NCBI RefSeq assembly: GCF_006345805.1
Contig: NC_043001.1
Location: 104,594,001-104,658,000, forward strand
DNA: 64,000 nt
Direction of reading: 5' to 3'
Source of the DNA: Octopus sinensis
Lineage: Eukaryota
Under the pieces are notes generated by a model that saw only the letters and a list, made by a program, of their open reading frames with translations, made no database searches and was not told the DNA's origin. Each line of letters begins with the position of its first letter. Positions within the stretch are counted from its first letter, which is position 1. Made by a program: the position numbers and the translations under genes. Shown in pieces: positions 23,840 through 35,939 of the stretch.

Positions 23840-25828
23840 CTGGAGAAAAAGAATAAGAGAAAAAAATTTGTCATAATGCTCATAACAATAATAGTGATGA
23901 TGATGATGATGATGATGAAAATGATTATGGTGCTGGTGACTTTGACGAGATAAATGGTATGGAAGATGTTGTTTAGCATCAAGTGACCCCTGATGGATCT
24001 GATGTTAAATGGTGGAATTGTTGCTCATGAAGATAGTTAAGCGTAGTCAACATCATTGAATTAATGGCAATTTAAAAAGCAGTTATCAGTCAAAAATTCA
24101 AAAGGATATCAAGTTGTGCATGTGTGGCTATAACTGTCTCTTTTGTCTATCATGACAAGAATTGACCATTAAAGATAATGAAATTTTTTCTCCACAGCTG
24201 TTATTCTAATTGACAAAAAAAAAAGAAACACAATTAGGAGCTCACTACAATAAGTTTGTTAGCCTACAAACCATGAGATTGGTTAGTCAATTGGAGATGG
24301 TTGCTTCTTACAGGATCTGAAGGAAGATGTGCTTGACGATTCTACCCACACAATCCTCCCAGGAATAAGTGGGAGAAGATGTGCAGAGAAGAGATGAACA
24401 TACATTTAACTATATGTTCTTCATGCAGAAGGTATCTTTTATCTTTTGTCTTTTACTTGCTTCAGTCATTCGACTGTGGCCATGCTGAACTTTTAGTCGA
24501 AGAAATCAACCCCAGTAATTATTTATTTTTAATTATTCTATCAGTCTGATTTGCTGAACCACTACCAGTTGTCAATTAATGGTGAGGAACAGAGACACAC
24601 ACAGACACATGCGCATGCGCACGCACGCACACACACACACACACACAGGTTTCTTTCAGTATTGATCTCCAAAATCCACTCACAAAGCTTTGGACGTAGA
24701 TGACAGTGGCCAGAAGGGCCATGCGGTGGAACTGAACCCAGAGCCATGTGGTTGGGAAGCAAGCTTACCACACAGCCACACCTACACCTACACATAGGAA
24801 ATTTCCCTTTAAGTTGTCACAGCTGACAGGATGAGACAGGCATAAGAGTTATGTAAATATATATATTTGAATACATATATGTATCTCTATGTATGTGTGT
24901 GTACATGTGCATGAAGATGTATATTTATTTTTACCATGCATTCACTGCACAATTTTGTCTTAGAAAAATATTTTATCTCTACAGATTTTAAGCCAAGCTT
25001 CAAGTCACATCTGCACCCTACCAGACACAGTTTTCCAATGCAATTTCCCTCTTCAGTCATACATACTGCAGCAAGTACTTTTCAAGTTCTAATGTAGACA
25101 AACATATATTGATAGATAAATGTATACCACTTTATTTTAACTCACAGCATGTCTTGTGCTTAAACTAATTCCACCTTGGCAAGCCATAGAAAACACCAGT
25201 GAATGTATTGTTTGCTGCTTCCTGTATACAGAAATGAAAGTCCTCTCTTAGCTTCAAATGATAGAGGCTGTCTTTGCTACTGAAGAGGTGAAATCACTCT
25301 GAAACATTGTCTGATAGTTCAGTGTTATCACTTGGTACTTGATCGATGTGGCTTTACACACAGAATTTATAGAGTGAAAAGTTTTCTTTGTAATAAAAAT
25401 CCCACAGCAAATACCTTTCATGTTTTAGTGTACAAGAATGTGTTAAAATTAAAAGCACACATCCTTATTTTCATCCTTGCTGTTTCATGGTTTATACACA
25501 CACACATGTATATCACAGGTATGGCTCTGTAATACAAATTTTGCTTCACACTCAAGTAGTTCTAGGTTTGGTCCCACTGTTATATATTAAGCAAGTGTCT
25601 TCTGCTATAGACTGAAGCAGACCAATGCTTTAAGAGTGAAATTCTTAAAAAGAAACTGAGAGGCTCATAGTATGTGCATATATTAGGTGTGGTTGTGTGG
25701 TAAGAAGCTTGCTTCCCAACCATCTGGTTCCAGGATAAGTCCCACTGTTTGGCAACTAGGGCAAATGTCTTATACTATAGCCTTGGGCTGACCAAAGCCT
25801 TATGAGTTGATTTAGTAGGCATGCATGT

Positions 25829-26032
25829 ATAGTCACTTACAGCTGTTTCAATTAAGCCTAAAAGATCAAAATGCCAATTATTAAAACCATTATATTAGGG
25901 AAAATACAACATCTAAAAACCTAACAGTATATCTTTTTCTTTTTTCTATCCCTCTGATGCGATTTTGCCTAATATAACGGTTTTAATAATTACTATCTTT
26001 TAGGCTTAACTGAAACAGCTGTAAGTGACTAT
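25829..26032. mobile_element. Fold-back MITE, ~85-bp imperfect arms
   Basis: ATAGTCACTTACAGCTGTTTCAATTAAGCCTAAAAG... pairs with ...CTTTTAGGCTTAACTGAAACAGCTGTAAGTGACTAT. A half copy lies at about 2975-3060. Confidence 0.8.
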
Positions 26033-26304
26033 GTTGGTTTTTTGCAGACAATAAATCTTTTATTAAATGCTATATCTCCATTTTCTTTTCTTTTGAATGA
26101 TTATAAACCATGGTTTATAAATAATCCTATTATTCTATAAATATTATTATTATTCACAACAAATATTAGGTATTGAACCAGTAATTCATTGGATGTTACT
26201 ATCCCTTAATGAGGTTAATTGAAAATATATATAATTATTTGCAGGATCCAAAAGAATCAACGTATCTTAATAATAAGGACAAGATAGAGTCAAGAACAGC
26301 ATAC

Positions 26305-26340
26305 TGATGTATCAACAGTGTGTTTGGACACTTGTACTTC
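26305..26340 (-). CDS. UBA-like repeat gene, exon 12: EVQVSKHTVDTS
   Basis: Acceptor atatcctctag, donor TCA|gtatgc, 36 nt, phase 0 to 0. Read-through meets TGA after VCCS. Confidence 0.62.
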
Positions 26341-26518
26341 CTAGAGGATATATAGATTTGTCCTTTTAGTTACACATAACATCCACATGTACAGACTGAA
26401 GACATTCAACAAATGCATAAAATCACACAAGGGTATACTCGGCATGCAGTCCGTGGTCCACTGTAGGCTCATGATCCAATGCGGGGAATGTTCTGAATTA
26501 GTGTAGTATGAATAATAA

Positions 26519-26805
26519 CACAAGTGGGCTGAGGTTCACTACAGCTGTTACACATTTATTACTACATATGTTTAACATTAAACTGGCCTCTCTCAATTTA
26601 CTCTCCCAACTGGCACCAGAATGAGAGAGTGACTATACATTCTATACTTTTTGGGTGAAAAATCCTACATTTTAAATTTTGGATTTTAATTTTAATTCAT
26701 TCACCTAAGGAAAACGTTTTTGTTTTAAATGATGTAATTGATTTGATCTTCAATAAAAAGAAAAACATGTCTGAAACAGCTGTAGTGAACCTCAGCCCAT
26801 TTGTG
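26519..26805. mobile_element. MITE with 31-bp TIRs
   Basis: CACAAGTGGGCTGAGGTTCACTACAGCTGTT pairs with AACAGCTGTAGTGAACCTCAGCCCATTTGTG. Confidence 0.8.
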
Positions 26806-28141
26806 CTATTATTTATGTATATACAGCCATAGCCTACACCAGTGTCACATAACCATCCCACTTAAGAAAGTACCTTTGGATTGTTGGGCAACATGCCGTG
26901 TTTGAAGAGACCTATTGAACCAAGTACATCAAAATCAAAATCAAATCAAACCACAATCAACTGGAAATTGTAGTTGTGGTTGATGCCAGTGCCACCTGAC
27001 TGGCTACCATGCTGGTGGCACACAATAAGCATCATTCATGCATGGGTCATTGCCAGTGCTGCCTGACTGGCTCTCGTGCTGGTGGCACATAAAAAGCACA
27101 GTCCAAACGTGGGCGATGCCAGCCCCTTCACCCTGACTGGCTCCTGTGCTAGTGGCATGTAAAAAGCACCTTCTACACTCTCAGAGTGGTTGGCATTAGG
27201 AAGGGCATCCAGCTGTAGAAACATCATCAGATCAGGTGGAACCTGGTGCAGCCTCCTGGCTTGCCAGACCCCAGTCAAATCGTCCAACCCATGCCAGCAT
27301 GGAAAAATGAACGTTAAACGATGATGAAGATGATACATGCATACATACATGCATATATATCAATATGTGTGTTGCTTAAACATCAGAAGCTGAGGTTTTT
27401 CATTTGAGTAAAATTCCCTTTCAAGGTATAAAGTGTTAAGAAACCCAATATCCTTTAGAGCTAGGCAAAACAAAATCCCTCTAGAGGTGATTATGAGAGC
27501 AAGAGATACGTGTTTAGCCATAGCTACAGAATGTCAGTGTAGTGCACTCATATCCTTTCTGAAACAGAATCAAATCTGCTAGCCTATAGTATAAACAGAT
27601 TCATCTGGATTTTTACCACATGAAAAACTACAGCTTCTGGCATTTAAACAACACACATACAATGAAACAACTTCAGTACCTTCTTTTAATTCTGGTACTT
27701 ATTCTATCAGATTCTTTTGCCAAACTGCTAACTTATGGGGATGAGAACATGCCAACACCGGTTGTGGAGTGACAGACATGAAGACACACACATACATAAA
27801 CACACACACATGATGACCTTCTCTCAGTTTCTGTCTACTAAATCCATTTGCAAGGCTTTAGTTGGCCTGAGGCTATGGTAGAAGACATTTGTCCATGATG
27901 CTAAACAGTGGGACTGAACCTGGAACCATGTGGTTGGGAAGCAAACTTCTTAATCACACAGCCATGCCTAGAGCATAATTTGAATTTACATCTACTACCC
28001 CTAATTTATTTTTGTCTCTGTGTTAGAAAACAACAAACAAAAGACATCAAACAAACAAAAAAAAAAGCTCACTCAAGATATGCGTCAAAAGTGCTCACAG
28101 AAGTAGGAAAAGGAGTTTAACCATAAAAATCTTAACATTAC

Positions 28142-28229
28142 CTCTTCCATTCTTTCCACTATATCTTTAAGTGGTTCACTGTCTCGATATATCTTGTAAA
28201 CATTGTTCAGAAACTCTTCCATCTTTTCC
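28142..28229 (-). CDS. UBA-like repeat gene, exon 11: (R)EKMEEFLNNVYKIYRDSEPLKDIVERMEE
   Basis: Acceptor gtttactttcag, donor GAG|gtaatg, 88 nt, phase 2 to 0. Confidence 0.88.
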
Positions 28230-28814
28230 CTGAAAGTAAACATCATCATAATAATGATCAACATTAACATAATGATGATGATGATGATGATGATTTCGTT
28301 TATTTGTCACAAGGGTGAAGGATGAGGGGGGGGGCAATACAAAGACAGACATAAAGTGTGGGGGTTTACATATGATGAAATGATAAAAATGAAAGAAAGT
28401 AAGAATACATGGTATACACTGACAAAGAAGGGACATATGCATTCACACAAAAGTTTAAAAGAAAAAAAGTGGTAGGGAGGATGATAGAGATGTGGCCCGC
28501 CTGATACAGGAAGGCTTCTAGGGATAATCGAGGAACCCAACTCTCCAAGATTTCCGTGAAATCTCAGGAGCAAGTGCCCTCACCAATAACTTCTCTCTAA
28601 CTCACAGGTCTACACTTAGAGAGGTACCATTCACTCTTGCCATTTTCCCAAATTTCACCTACCTTTCAATAAATTCACTCGATGACAACACTTCCCTCTT
28701 CACACTCAATTTCATTTACAACTGAAACTTGAAGAAGTCAATGACAGTTCTACTAAAGAGGAATGTAGTGAAGTGAAAGCACACTATAAACATAAAGCAA
28801 CTGAACAACAAACT

Positions 28815-29831
28815 GTTGTTTGATCCTAAGCTATTTCCTAATCCAACAAACCTATGGATCAAACAAGAACAGCAGCAGCAAACCTATAGTCAACACTGTT
28901 GACTATAGGTTTGTTGGATTAGGAAACATCCTAGGATCAAACAACAGCAACAGCAAACCTATAGTCAACACTGTTGACCATAGGTTTGTTGGATTAGGAA
29001 ACAGCTATGGATCAAACAAGAACAGCAACAGCAAACCTATAGTCAACACTGTTGACTATAGGTTTGTTGGATTAGGAAACAGCTATGGATCAAACATGAA
29101 CAGCAACAGCAAACCTATAGTCACCACTGTTGACTATAGGTTTGTTGGATTAGGAAACATCCTAGGATCAAACAACAGCAACAGCAAACCTATAGTCAAC
29201 ACTGTTTGGTTTGCTGTTGCTGTTGTTGTTGTTTGATCCTAAGCTTTTTACTAATCCATAAACCTATAGGTTTATGGATTAGTAAAAAGTGTTGACTATA
29301 GGCTTGCTGTGGTTGTTGTTATTGTTTGATCCTAAGCTCTTTCCTAATCCAACAAACCTATAGCCAACAGTATTGACTATAGCTTTGCTGTTGCTGTTGT
29401 TGATCTTTGATCCTAAGTTGTTTCCTAATCCAACAAACCTATAGTCAGCAGTGTTGACTATAGTGTTTTTGTTGTTGTTGTTGTTTGATCCTGAACTTTT
29501 TCTTAATCCAACAAACCTATAGTCAACATTATTGACTAAAGGGTTGTCCTTTTTGTTTGCTCCTAAGCTTTTTCCCAATCCAGCAAACCTATAGATGACA
29601 GTGTTGACTAAAGAGCTGTTGTTGTTGTTTAATCCTAAGCTCTTTCCTAATCCAACAAACCTATAGTCAACGCTGTTGACTATAGGTTTGTTGGATTAGG
29701 AAACAACTTAGGATGAAACAACATCAAAAGCTAACCTATAGTCAACACTGTTGACTATAGGTTTATGGATTAGGAAAAAGCTTTGGATCAAACAACAACA
29801 ACAGCAACAGCAAACCTATAGTCAACACTGT
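28815..29831. repeat. Palindrome-cored minisatellite (~72-82 bp units, about 13 hairpins) with orientation switches
   Basis: Core AAACCTATAGTCAACA-C-TGTTGACTATAGGTTT at 28880, 28955, 29033, 29111, 29657 and others. Spacers are related to GTTGGATTAGGAAAC...GGATCAAAC(AAC/AGC)n or its reverse complement. Confidence 0.95.
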
Positions 29832-30158
29832 GGTGCTCCAACATAACTACAGTCAAATGACTGAAACAAATAAAACAATAAAAAGCAACAGAAGCAGTAT
29901 TAATACCAACATAAATAATCTTTTCCACTCTAAGTACAAGGCCCGAAATTTTTGAGAAGAGAGCCAGTTGATTAGATCGACTTCAGTACGCAACTGGTAC
30001 TTAATTATCGACCCCAAAAGGATGAAAGACAAAGTCAACCTCAGTAGAATTTGAACTCAGAACATAAAAGACAGATGCAATACCGCTATACATTTCGCCC
30101 AGTGTGCTAACGTTTCTGCCAGCTTGCTGCCTTACCAAAATAAATAATAAATACATAC

Positions 30159-30226
30159 CTGAACTCATAATGATACACTCCATATGTTTTGTAGGCAACA
30201 TAGAGATCACTTAAATGAAGAGCAAC
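30159..30226 (-). CDS. UBA-like repeat gene, exon 10: VALHLSDLYVAYKTYGVYHYEF(R)
   Basis: Acceptor gctatctttccag, donor AG|gtatgt, 68 nt, phase 0 to 2. Confidence 0.88.
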
Positions 30227-31736
30227 CTGGAAAGATAGCAAATCAAGTAATCTTTTGATACGTGTTTGGCTTTATCACAAAATTAGTAAAGATTGATGAG
30301 TCTATAAACTTCATTTTTTTATGATGTTTTTTACACTACACTTTAACTGATAACCATTTACAGATGCCCAATTTTTTCATATATATATAACATGATGGCG
30401 ACTGTGAATATAGTTTAGCTCCAAGTTGGCTCTGATAGATCAAACCCTTGATAAAAGGTGTTCCAGCCTTGAGCAGCCCAAATTTTTTTTTCAGTTCAAG
30501 ATTGTAAAAAAAAACACAAAAACAAACAGGTTAATCATGGGTAGAATGTCATTTTACAAGTTTTACTTGGAGGCTGACGCCAGTGTTGTCTCACTGCCAC
30601 CTGTGCTGGTGGCAAGTAAAAAGCACCATACAAGCATTGAGCCTCATGGAGGCAGTGACAGATGACCAAAAGTCTTGGTAATATACTGTGCTTGTGTTAA
30701 CTTGTCAAGCCAAGTGAGACCATAGTCATGGCTGATGCCAGTGTCAGGTCAATGCCACCTGTGCCGGTGACACATAAAAAGTACCCATACACTCTCAGAG
30801 TGGTTGATGTTAGGAAGAGCATCCAATCATAGAAACCTTGCTAAATCAGATTGGAACCTGGTGCAGACCCCCTGGCTTACCAGTTTTCAGTTAAACCATC
30901 CAACCCATGCCAGCATGGAAAGCAGACATTAAATGATGATGATGATGATGATGATGAAGGCTAATTTGGAACTAAACAGTTATACTTCTTGCCAACTAAA
31001 TGCCAGAGTCTTAGTTACTTTGGCTAGTATCTATCAAGCTAGTTGTCACTCAGTTCTATTATCACCTAGCTGGCTGTCATCTGATTGCCACTGCCATGTG
31101 TACATATATTTTGGTTAGGCTTGAAATAGGGATATTTAATTCTAACACAAAGTTAATTTCAGTATTAGTTTATCTTCTTTCACTTGGTTCTTTCTTGCAT
31201 ATATCCCTATATTTCAATGAAGCAAAGTATTATTTATCCCAGGCAAAAAACAATGGGTCAGGTACTTGTGATATTAATGTTTTTCTCAGTTAACTAAACA
31301 TGAATTACCTAAGATTAGAAGTGCCCTTCTACAGATCATTACCAAAGTGTATGAAACAGTATTGATTGTGTTGATGGTTGATTCAGTCTACATCTTCTGT
31401 CTGAGAAGACCTGTCAAACCAAGTGAGATCATAGTTGTGACTGATGCCAGTGTTTTGTAACTGGTACCCATGCCAGTGGAATGTAAAAAGCACCCACTAC
31501 ACTCTTGGAGTGGTTGGCATTAGTAAGGATATCCAGTCATAGAAAACATGCCAAATTAGACTGGAACCTGGTGCAGCTCCCCAGATTACCAGTTTTCAGT
31601 CAAATACCAACTCATACCAACATGGGAAACAGACATTAAATGATGATGATCATCATCATGATCATCCAAGAATAAAATAAGAAAACGATTACTTTATAAT
31701 TTTCATAGCATTAATAATATGTTTAATCAAACATAC

Positions 31737-31842
31737 GATAAAATTCCAATCTGCTTTCTTCAGAACATATTCTGCTTCACCATTTGTAAAATGATATCTT
31801 TCTCGTAACACATAAAACAGATCAAGTTGTGATTCTGGTTCA
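31737..31842 (-). CDS. UBA-like repeat gene, exon 9: (P)EPESQLDLFYVLRERYHFTNGEAEYVLKKADWNFI (UBA-like repeat 3)
   Basis: Acceptor gtttttcttctag, donor ATC|gtatgt, 106 nt, phase 2 to 0. Confidence 0.9.
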
Positions 31843-32299
31843 CTAGAAGAAAAACATATACATATAAAAATGTGTATAATATAATATATTACATTACCTA
31901 ATATATATATAAACATACTAAGTTACTTTATCCTTGTCAGTTAAAAGGATTCTTTAACAAAAAATCACTTTAACCTGTTTAGTACCAACAAATGTGAGAC
32001 TGTCCCTAACCCTACAACCAAAATTTAATGCTATTTCATGTCCCAATGACCAGCTTAACAAGAATAAAGATATTTTCCTGAATTTTTCAATAATTTCAAA
32101 ATTAACTGTAGCAAAGGATGAATATTTCAACACAAAAATGGTAACAAAAGCATGAAACTTACAACTCTACTGACTCATGGGACTACATGACTGCTAAAAA
32201 TATGTACAGGATTTTCTTAATAAGTTGTCTCCTATCAGATAAATGACCTCATTTGACATTGCATTCAATGTGAAACTTCACAACATACATACATTGAAG

Positions 32300-32620
32300 G
32301 TTCGTGGCTTAGTGATTAGGGCACTCAGCAAACAATTGTAAAGTTGTGAGTTCAATTTCTGGCAGCACATTGCATCCTTGAGCAAAACACTATATTTTGT
32401 GGTGCTCTGTTCCATTCAGCTAGCAAATATGATCTGTACTTGTAATTCAAAGAGCCAGCCTTGTTACATTCTATGTCAAGCTGAATCTCCCTGAGAACTA
32501 AAGTTAAGTGTGCATGTGTCTGTGGAGTACTCAGCTATTTGTGTTAATTTCATGAGCAGGCTGTTTCATTGATTGAATCAACTGGAAGACTCATTGTTAT
32601 AATTGACGGAGTGCCAGACA
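32300..32620 (+). mobile_element. tRNA-derived SINE (family 'D' here), representative copy
   Basis: Head GTGGCTTAGTGATTAGG...GAGTTCAATT followed by CCTTGAGCAAAACACT. Related copies lie at about 18020-18330, 44030-44275 and 49115-49370, with a 3' part at 15725-15820. Confidence 0.8.
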
Positions 32621-32717
32621 GATATGAATCAATTTAGTATAATATTTATAATACAGTATAATAACTTATAATGTATTGAAACGAAATAAGTGAGACAGAA
32701 ATGTGTATTTTACTTAC

Positions 32718-32851
32718 GGTCCAGTATCTTCATAGTATCTGCATACAACTTGGTCATCAACAATATCAATATACTGAGAGGGATATCTTTTCATCTGCTC
32801 AGCTGCATTAGAAACCTCCATATTATCTAATTCAGCAAGGTTTTGAGCAAC
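32718..32851 (-). CDS. UBA-like repeat gene, exon 8: VAQNLAELDNMEVSNAAEQMKRYPSQYIDIVDDQVVCRYYEDTG(P)
   Basis: Acceptor tttctgtgtattgaag, donor CC|gtaagt, 134 nt, phase 0 to 2. Confidence 0.9.
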
Positions 32852-33834
32852 CTTCAATACACAGAAATGAAAATAGATAAGATATAAAATTTATGTAACT
32901 ATAATAGTAATCTAGTATAATATATAACTATAATCTAGTACAGGTGCATAAACACACCTGTGCCAGAGACACATAAAAAGCATCCAACACACTCTAAGTG
33001 ATTGGCATTAGGAAGGGCATCGAGCCATAGAAACCAAACCACAACAAACAATTGGAGTCTGGGCAGTTCCCAGCTGGCCAGATTCATGTCAAACCATCCA
33101 ATCCATGCCAGCATGGAAAATGGAAATGATGATGATGACGATGATAAAGACAAGATCTAAATAATGGTCATTACATATTTTTCCTTTATTGGGGTAAATT
33201 TGGCTTACAACTGTTTCCTGTAGTCATTATAGGTTTGTTACTGATAGGTTTGTTCAACTGATCAATGATCAGTTGAGAAAAGTTGAATGACCTTAAAAAT
33301 TAATGCTACTTTCTGTCAGAGCCATTTATGACATGCATGAGGGGTGGAGAGAAGAGAGGGAGCAAGTGAAAGAGGGATAAGAGGAAAGGGGAAGACAAGT
33401 GATGATTTGGAAGAGAAGGACTAAGGTGAAGAGAAGGAAAGGAAAGAAGAGAAGAAGGAATACAAAGAGTAGGGGAGAGGCGGATTTCAATAGAAGTGGG
33501 ATAAGATAGCTGAAATTGAGGAAAGGACAGTCACAAAACATAAAGTGTTTGTAGTTGAGTCATCATATAAGAACATACTTGCATTGTTTTTAGGTTAGAT
33601 ATTCTCCAAATACTGTTACATTTCAGGATAGTCGTTTTATTTATTATTATTATTTTATTTTTGCCAAATAAACACACAAACTATATATATATATATATTT
33701 TCTTTACTTGTTTATTATTGTTATTTTATTATTTCTATTATTTTGATGCCTGTACATTGTCCAGAAATCTTTTGTTGCACATCTATGGCCTCTTTAATAA
33801 ATGAAAATAGATAAGACATAAAATTTATGTAACT

Positions 33835-34129
33835 AATTGCAGCGTGGAAGATGTTTGTAAGCCATTTAAGAAACACACAAAAGCTGTTCAATTCACTTCA
33901 ACATTTGAGTTTAATTTGTCAAAATATTTTCGTCGCTTTAAGACCGCGACCTGTTCACTGACAAAAAAGCGACGAAAATATTTTGACAAATTAAACTTAA
34001 ATGTTGAAGTGAATCGAACAGCTTTTGTGTGTTTCTTAAATGGCTTACAAACACCTTCCACGCTGCAATTGCTTCCGTTTCAGCACACGATCTCAGATCA
34101 AATCACTTGCTATGCAAGTACATCTCCGT
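33835..34129. mobile_element. Fold-back insertion (~105-bp arms plus ~60-bp tail) flanked by a 14-bp direct repeat
   Basis: AATTGCAGCGTGGAAG...TTTTCGTCGCTT pairs with AAGCGACGAAAA...CTTCCACGCTGCAATT (33835-34070). AATTTATGTAACTA sits at 33822-33835 and 34130-34143. Confidence 0.85.
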
Positions 34130-35939
34130 AATTTATGTAACTATAATAGTAAAAAAAAAATAATCATAATAAATAAAATGACCATCCCAAAGTATAGCAA
34201 TATCTGTTTCAACACATGATTTTACATCAGGAATCTTGCAAACTGAATTGATATTCTCTAAATGTTGAGATGAAATCTGATATGGGTGATCTACACACAT
34301 GGTCAACTTAAATCTTGAATATTTGGTCATTTGTACTATCATGCATAATGAGGGAATTGTATTAGCAAATGAATGAAATATCAGCAGTAACCATATTGTG
34401 AGGGGGAGGCTGAGAAAGCTTTGGTGAGCTTGGATATACATTAAAGACAGAGGGAGAAATGTGAGGTGAAAATAAAGATAAAATCAAGTTAAGTTATTTA
34501 AAGCCAAATAAAATTGGAGGTCAGATATAATTTCAAATTAAAACTGAATTAAAGAAATTTTAAAATTTAAACCATTAAAGCAATTATGGATAAAAAAAAT
34601 AAAATTTAAATTTATAAAATTAACATTAAAACACAGAACTAAAAGAATTTTACAAAATAAAAGGTAATACTAAAACAATAACAATAATAATAAATGTTTC
34701 TACTATAGGCACAAGGCCTGAAATTTGTGGGGAGGGGACTAGTCGATTACATCGATCCCAATATTCAACTGGTACTTGATTTATGAACACCAAAAGGATC
34801 AAAGGTAAAGTCGACCTCAGCAGAATTTGAACTCAGAACCAACAACAACAACAAAGTAAATCAATAAAATAAAATAAAAATTTAAGAAATTTAAAAGGTT
34901 GTAAAATTTAAGGAAATTAAAAAAAACACATACCCAAACACATAAAAAATTAGGTAACTTACATTTAACCTTTAGGCATTATACCCATCCCAACCAGTGT
35001 CTCTCGCTTTAGTATTAAAGTTATCTAGGGAACCTACTGAAGGATTTATTATAGGAAAGCTTACAGCGTATCACTACTTCTTGCCTATGATTAATAAGGT
35101 TACTCTCAGAGATATGTAATTATTACTCAAGGAGGGATACTCAGCTAGCTACGCATCAAGTCAAGGATACTTTAATTATATGAAAGCTACATGAATCTAT
35201 CTGGGCTCATTCATAGCCAAAAACCTAACTCAGTTGTATAAAGTATAAATGCCAAACTGTACAGCAGTTACAACAAATGCAATATTTGCAATGCAAAAGT
35301 CTTATCTATTATGTAATGCAGCAACTGCATTAATAAGCAAAATGACCTTATTCTTAATTGTAAACATAAGTTATGCCACACATTCTTAAGGTACAAATGA
35401 TAGTGCCCTCCACAATAATTCCCTGTGAATTTATAACACATTTTTAACTATCTTTTAACATATTTCCATGACTTTGTGGTCTCTTTATATTTTCCTCTTT
35501 GCATATTGGGGTGAGCATGCATATATAAATACACCCTCTGTGTACACATATATACTTATGTTGATACTACAGATGTGGAGTCAGTGTATGTGTGTTTGTA
35601 TGGGTGCATGACTGTGTAAATCTACTGTGAGGTTAGAAACAACCAACTTTGCCAGTGCCTACTCTACATCATTATCTTTACCTATCCTTACCTTATATTC
35701 CTAACAACCATTATTTCCCCTTAAAGACGACTCTCTATGCTTATCTCCCTCTCTTCTCTTTCCTAACAACTCCACCTGATTCCCATCACTCCTAAATATT
35801 CGACCTCTTCCTTTTTCCTTGACAATTTCATTTCTTCCAACATTTTTTTTTTTTAATTCTATGTACATGTGTGTGCACGGGTGCACCAATGTATTTGTTT
35901 GCTGCTGACCTAATAAAGTGGCCCCCACTATAATATCTA

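Noticed and set aside
28820-29578. Repeat-protein ORFs (SKPIVNTVDYRFVGLG)n on both strands
   Set aside because: They are by-products of 75/78-bp stop-free units of a palindromic array, with no splice or expression support.
28815-29831. CRISPR array
   Set aside because: The spacers are homologous to each other and flip strand, there are no cas genes or leader, and the context is a eukaryotic intron.
31737-32851. Identification of the host gene as RNF31/HOIP from the DTGPEP motif
   Set aside because: Only a five-residue resemblance; no RING/IBR or zinc-finger exons are seen, so no gene symbol is assigned.
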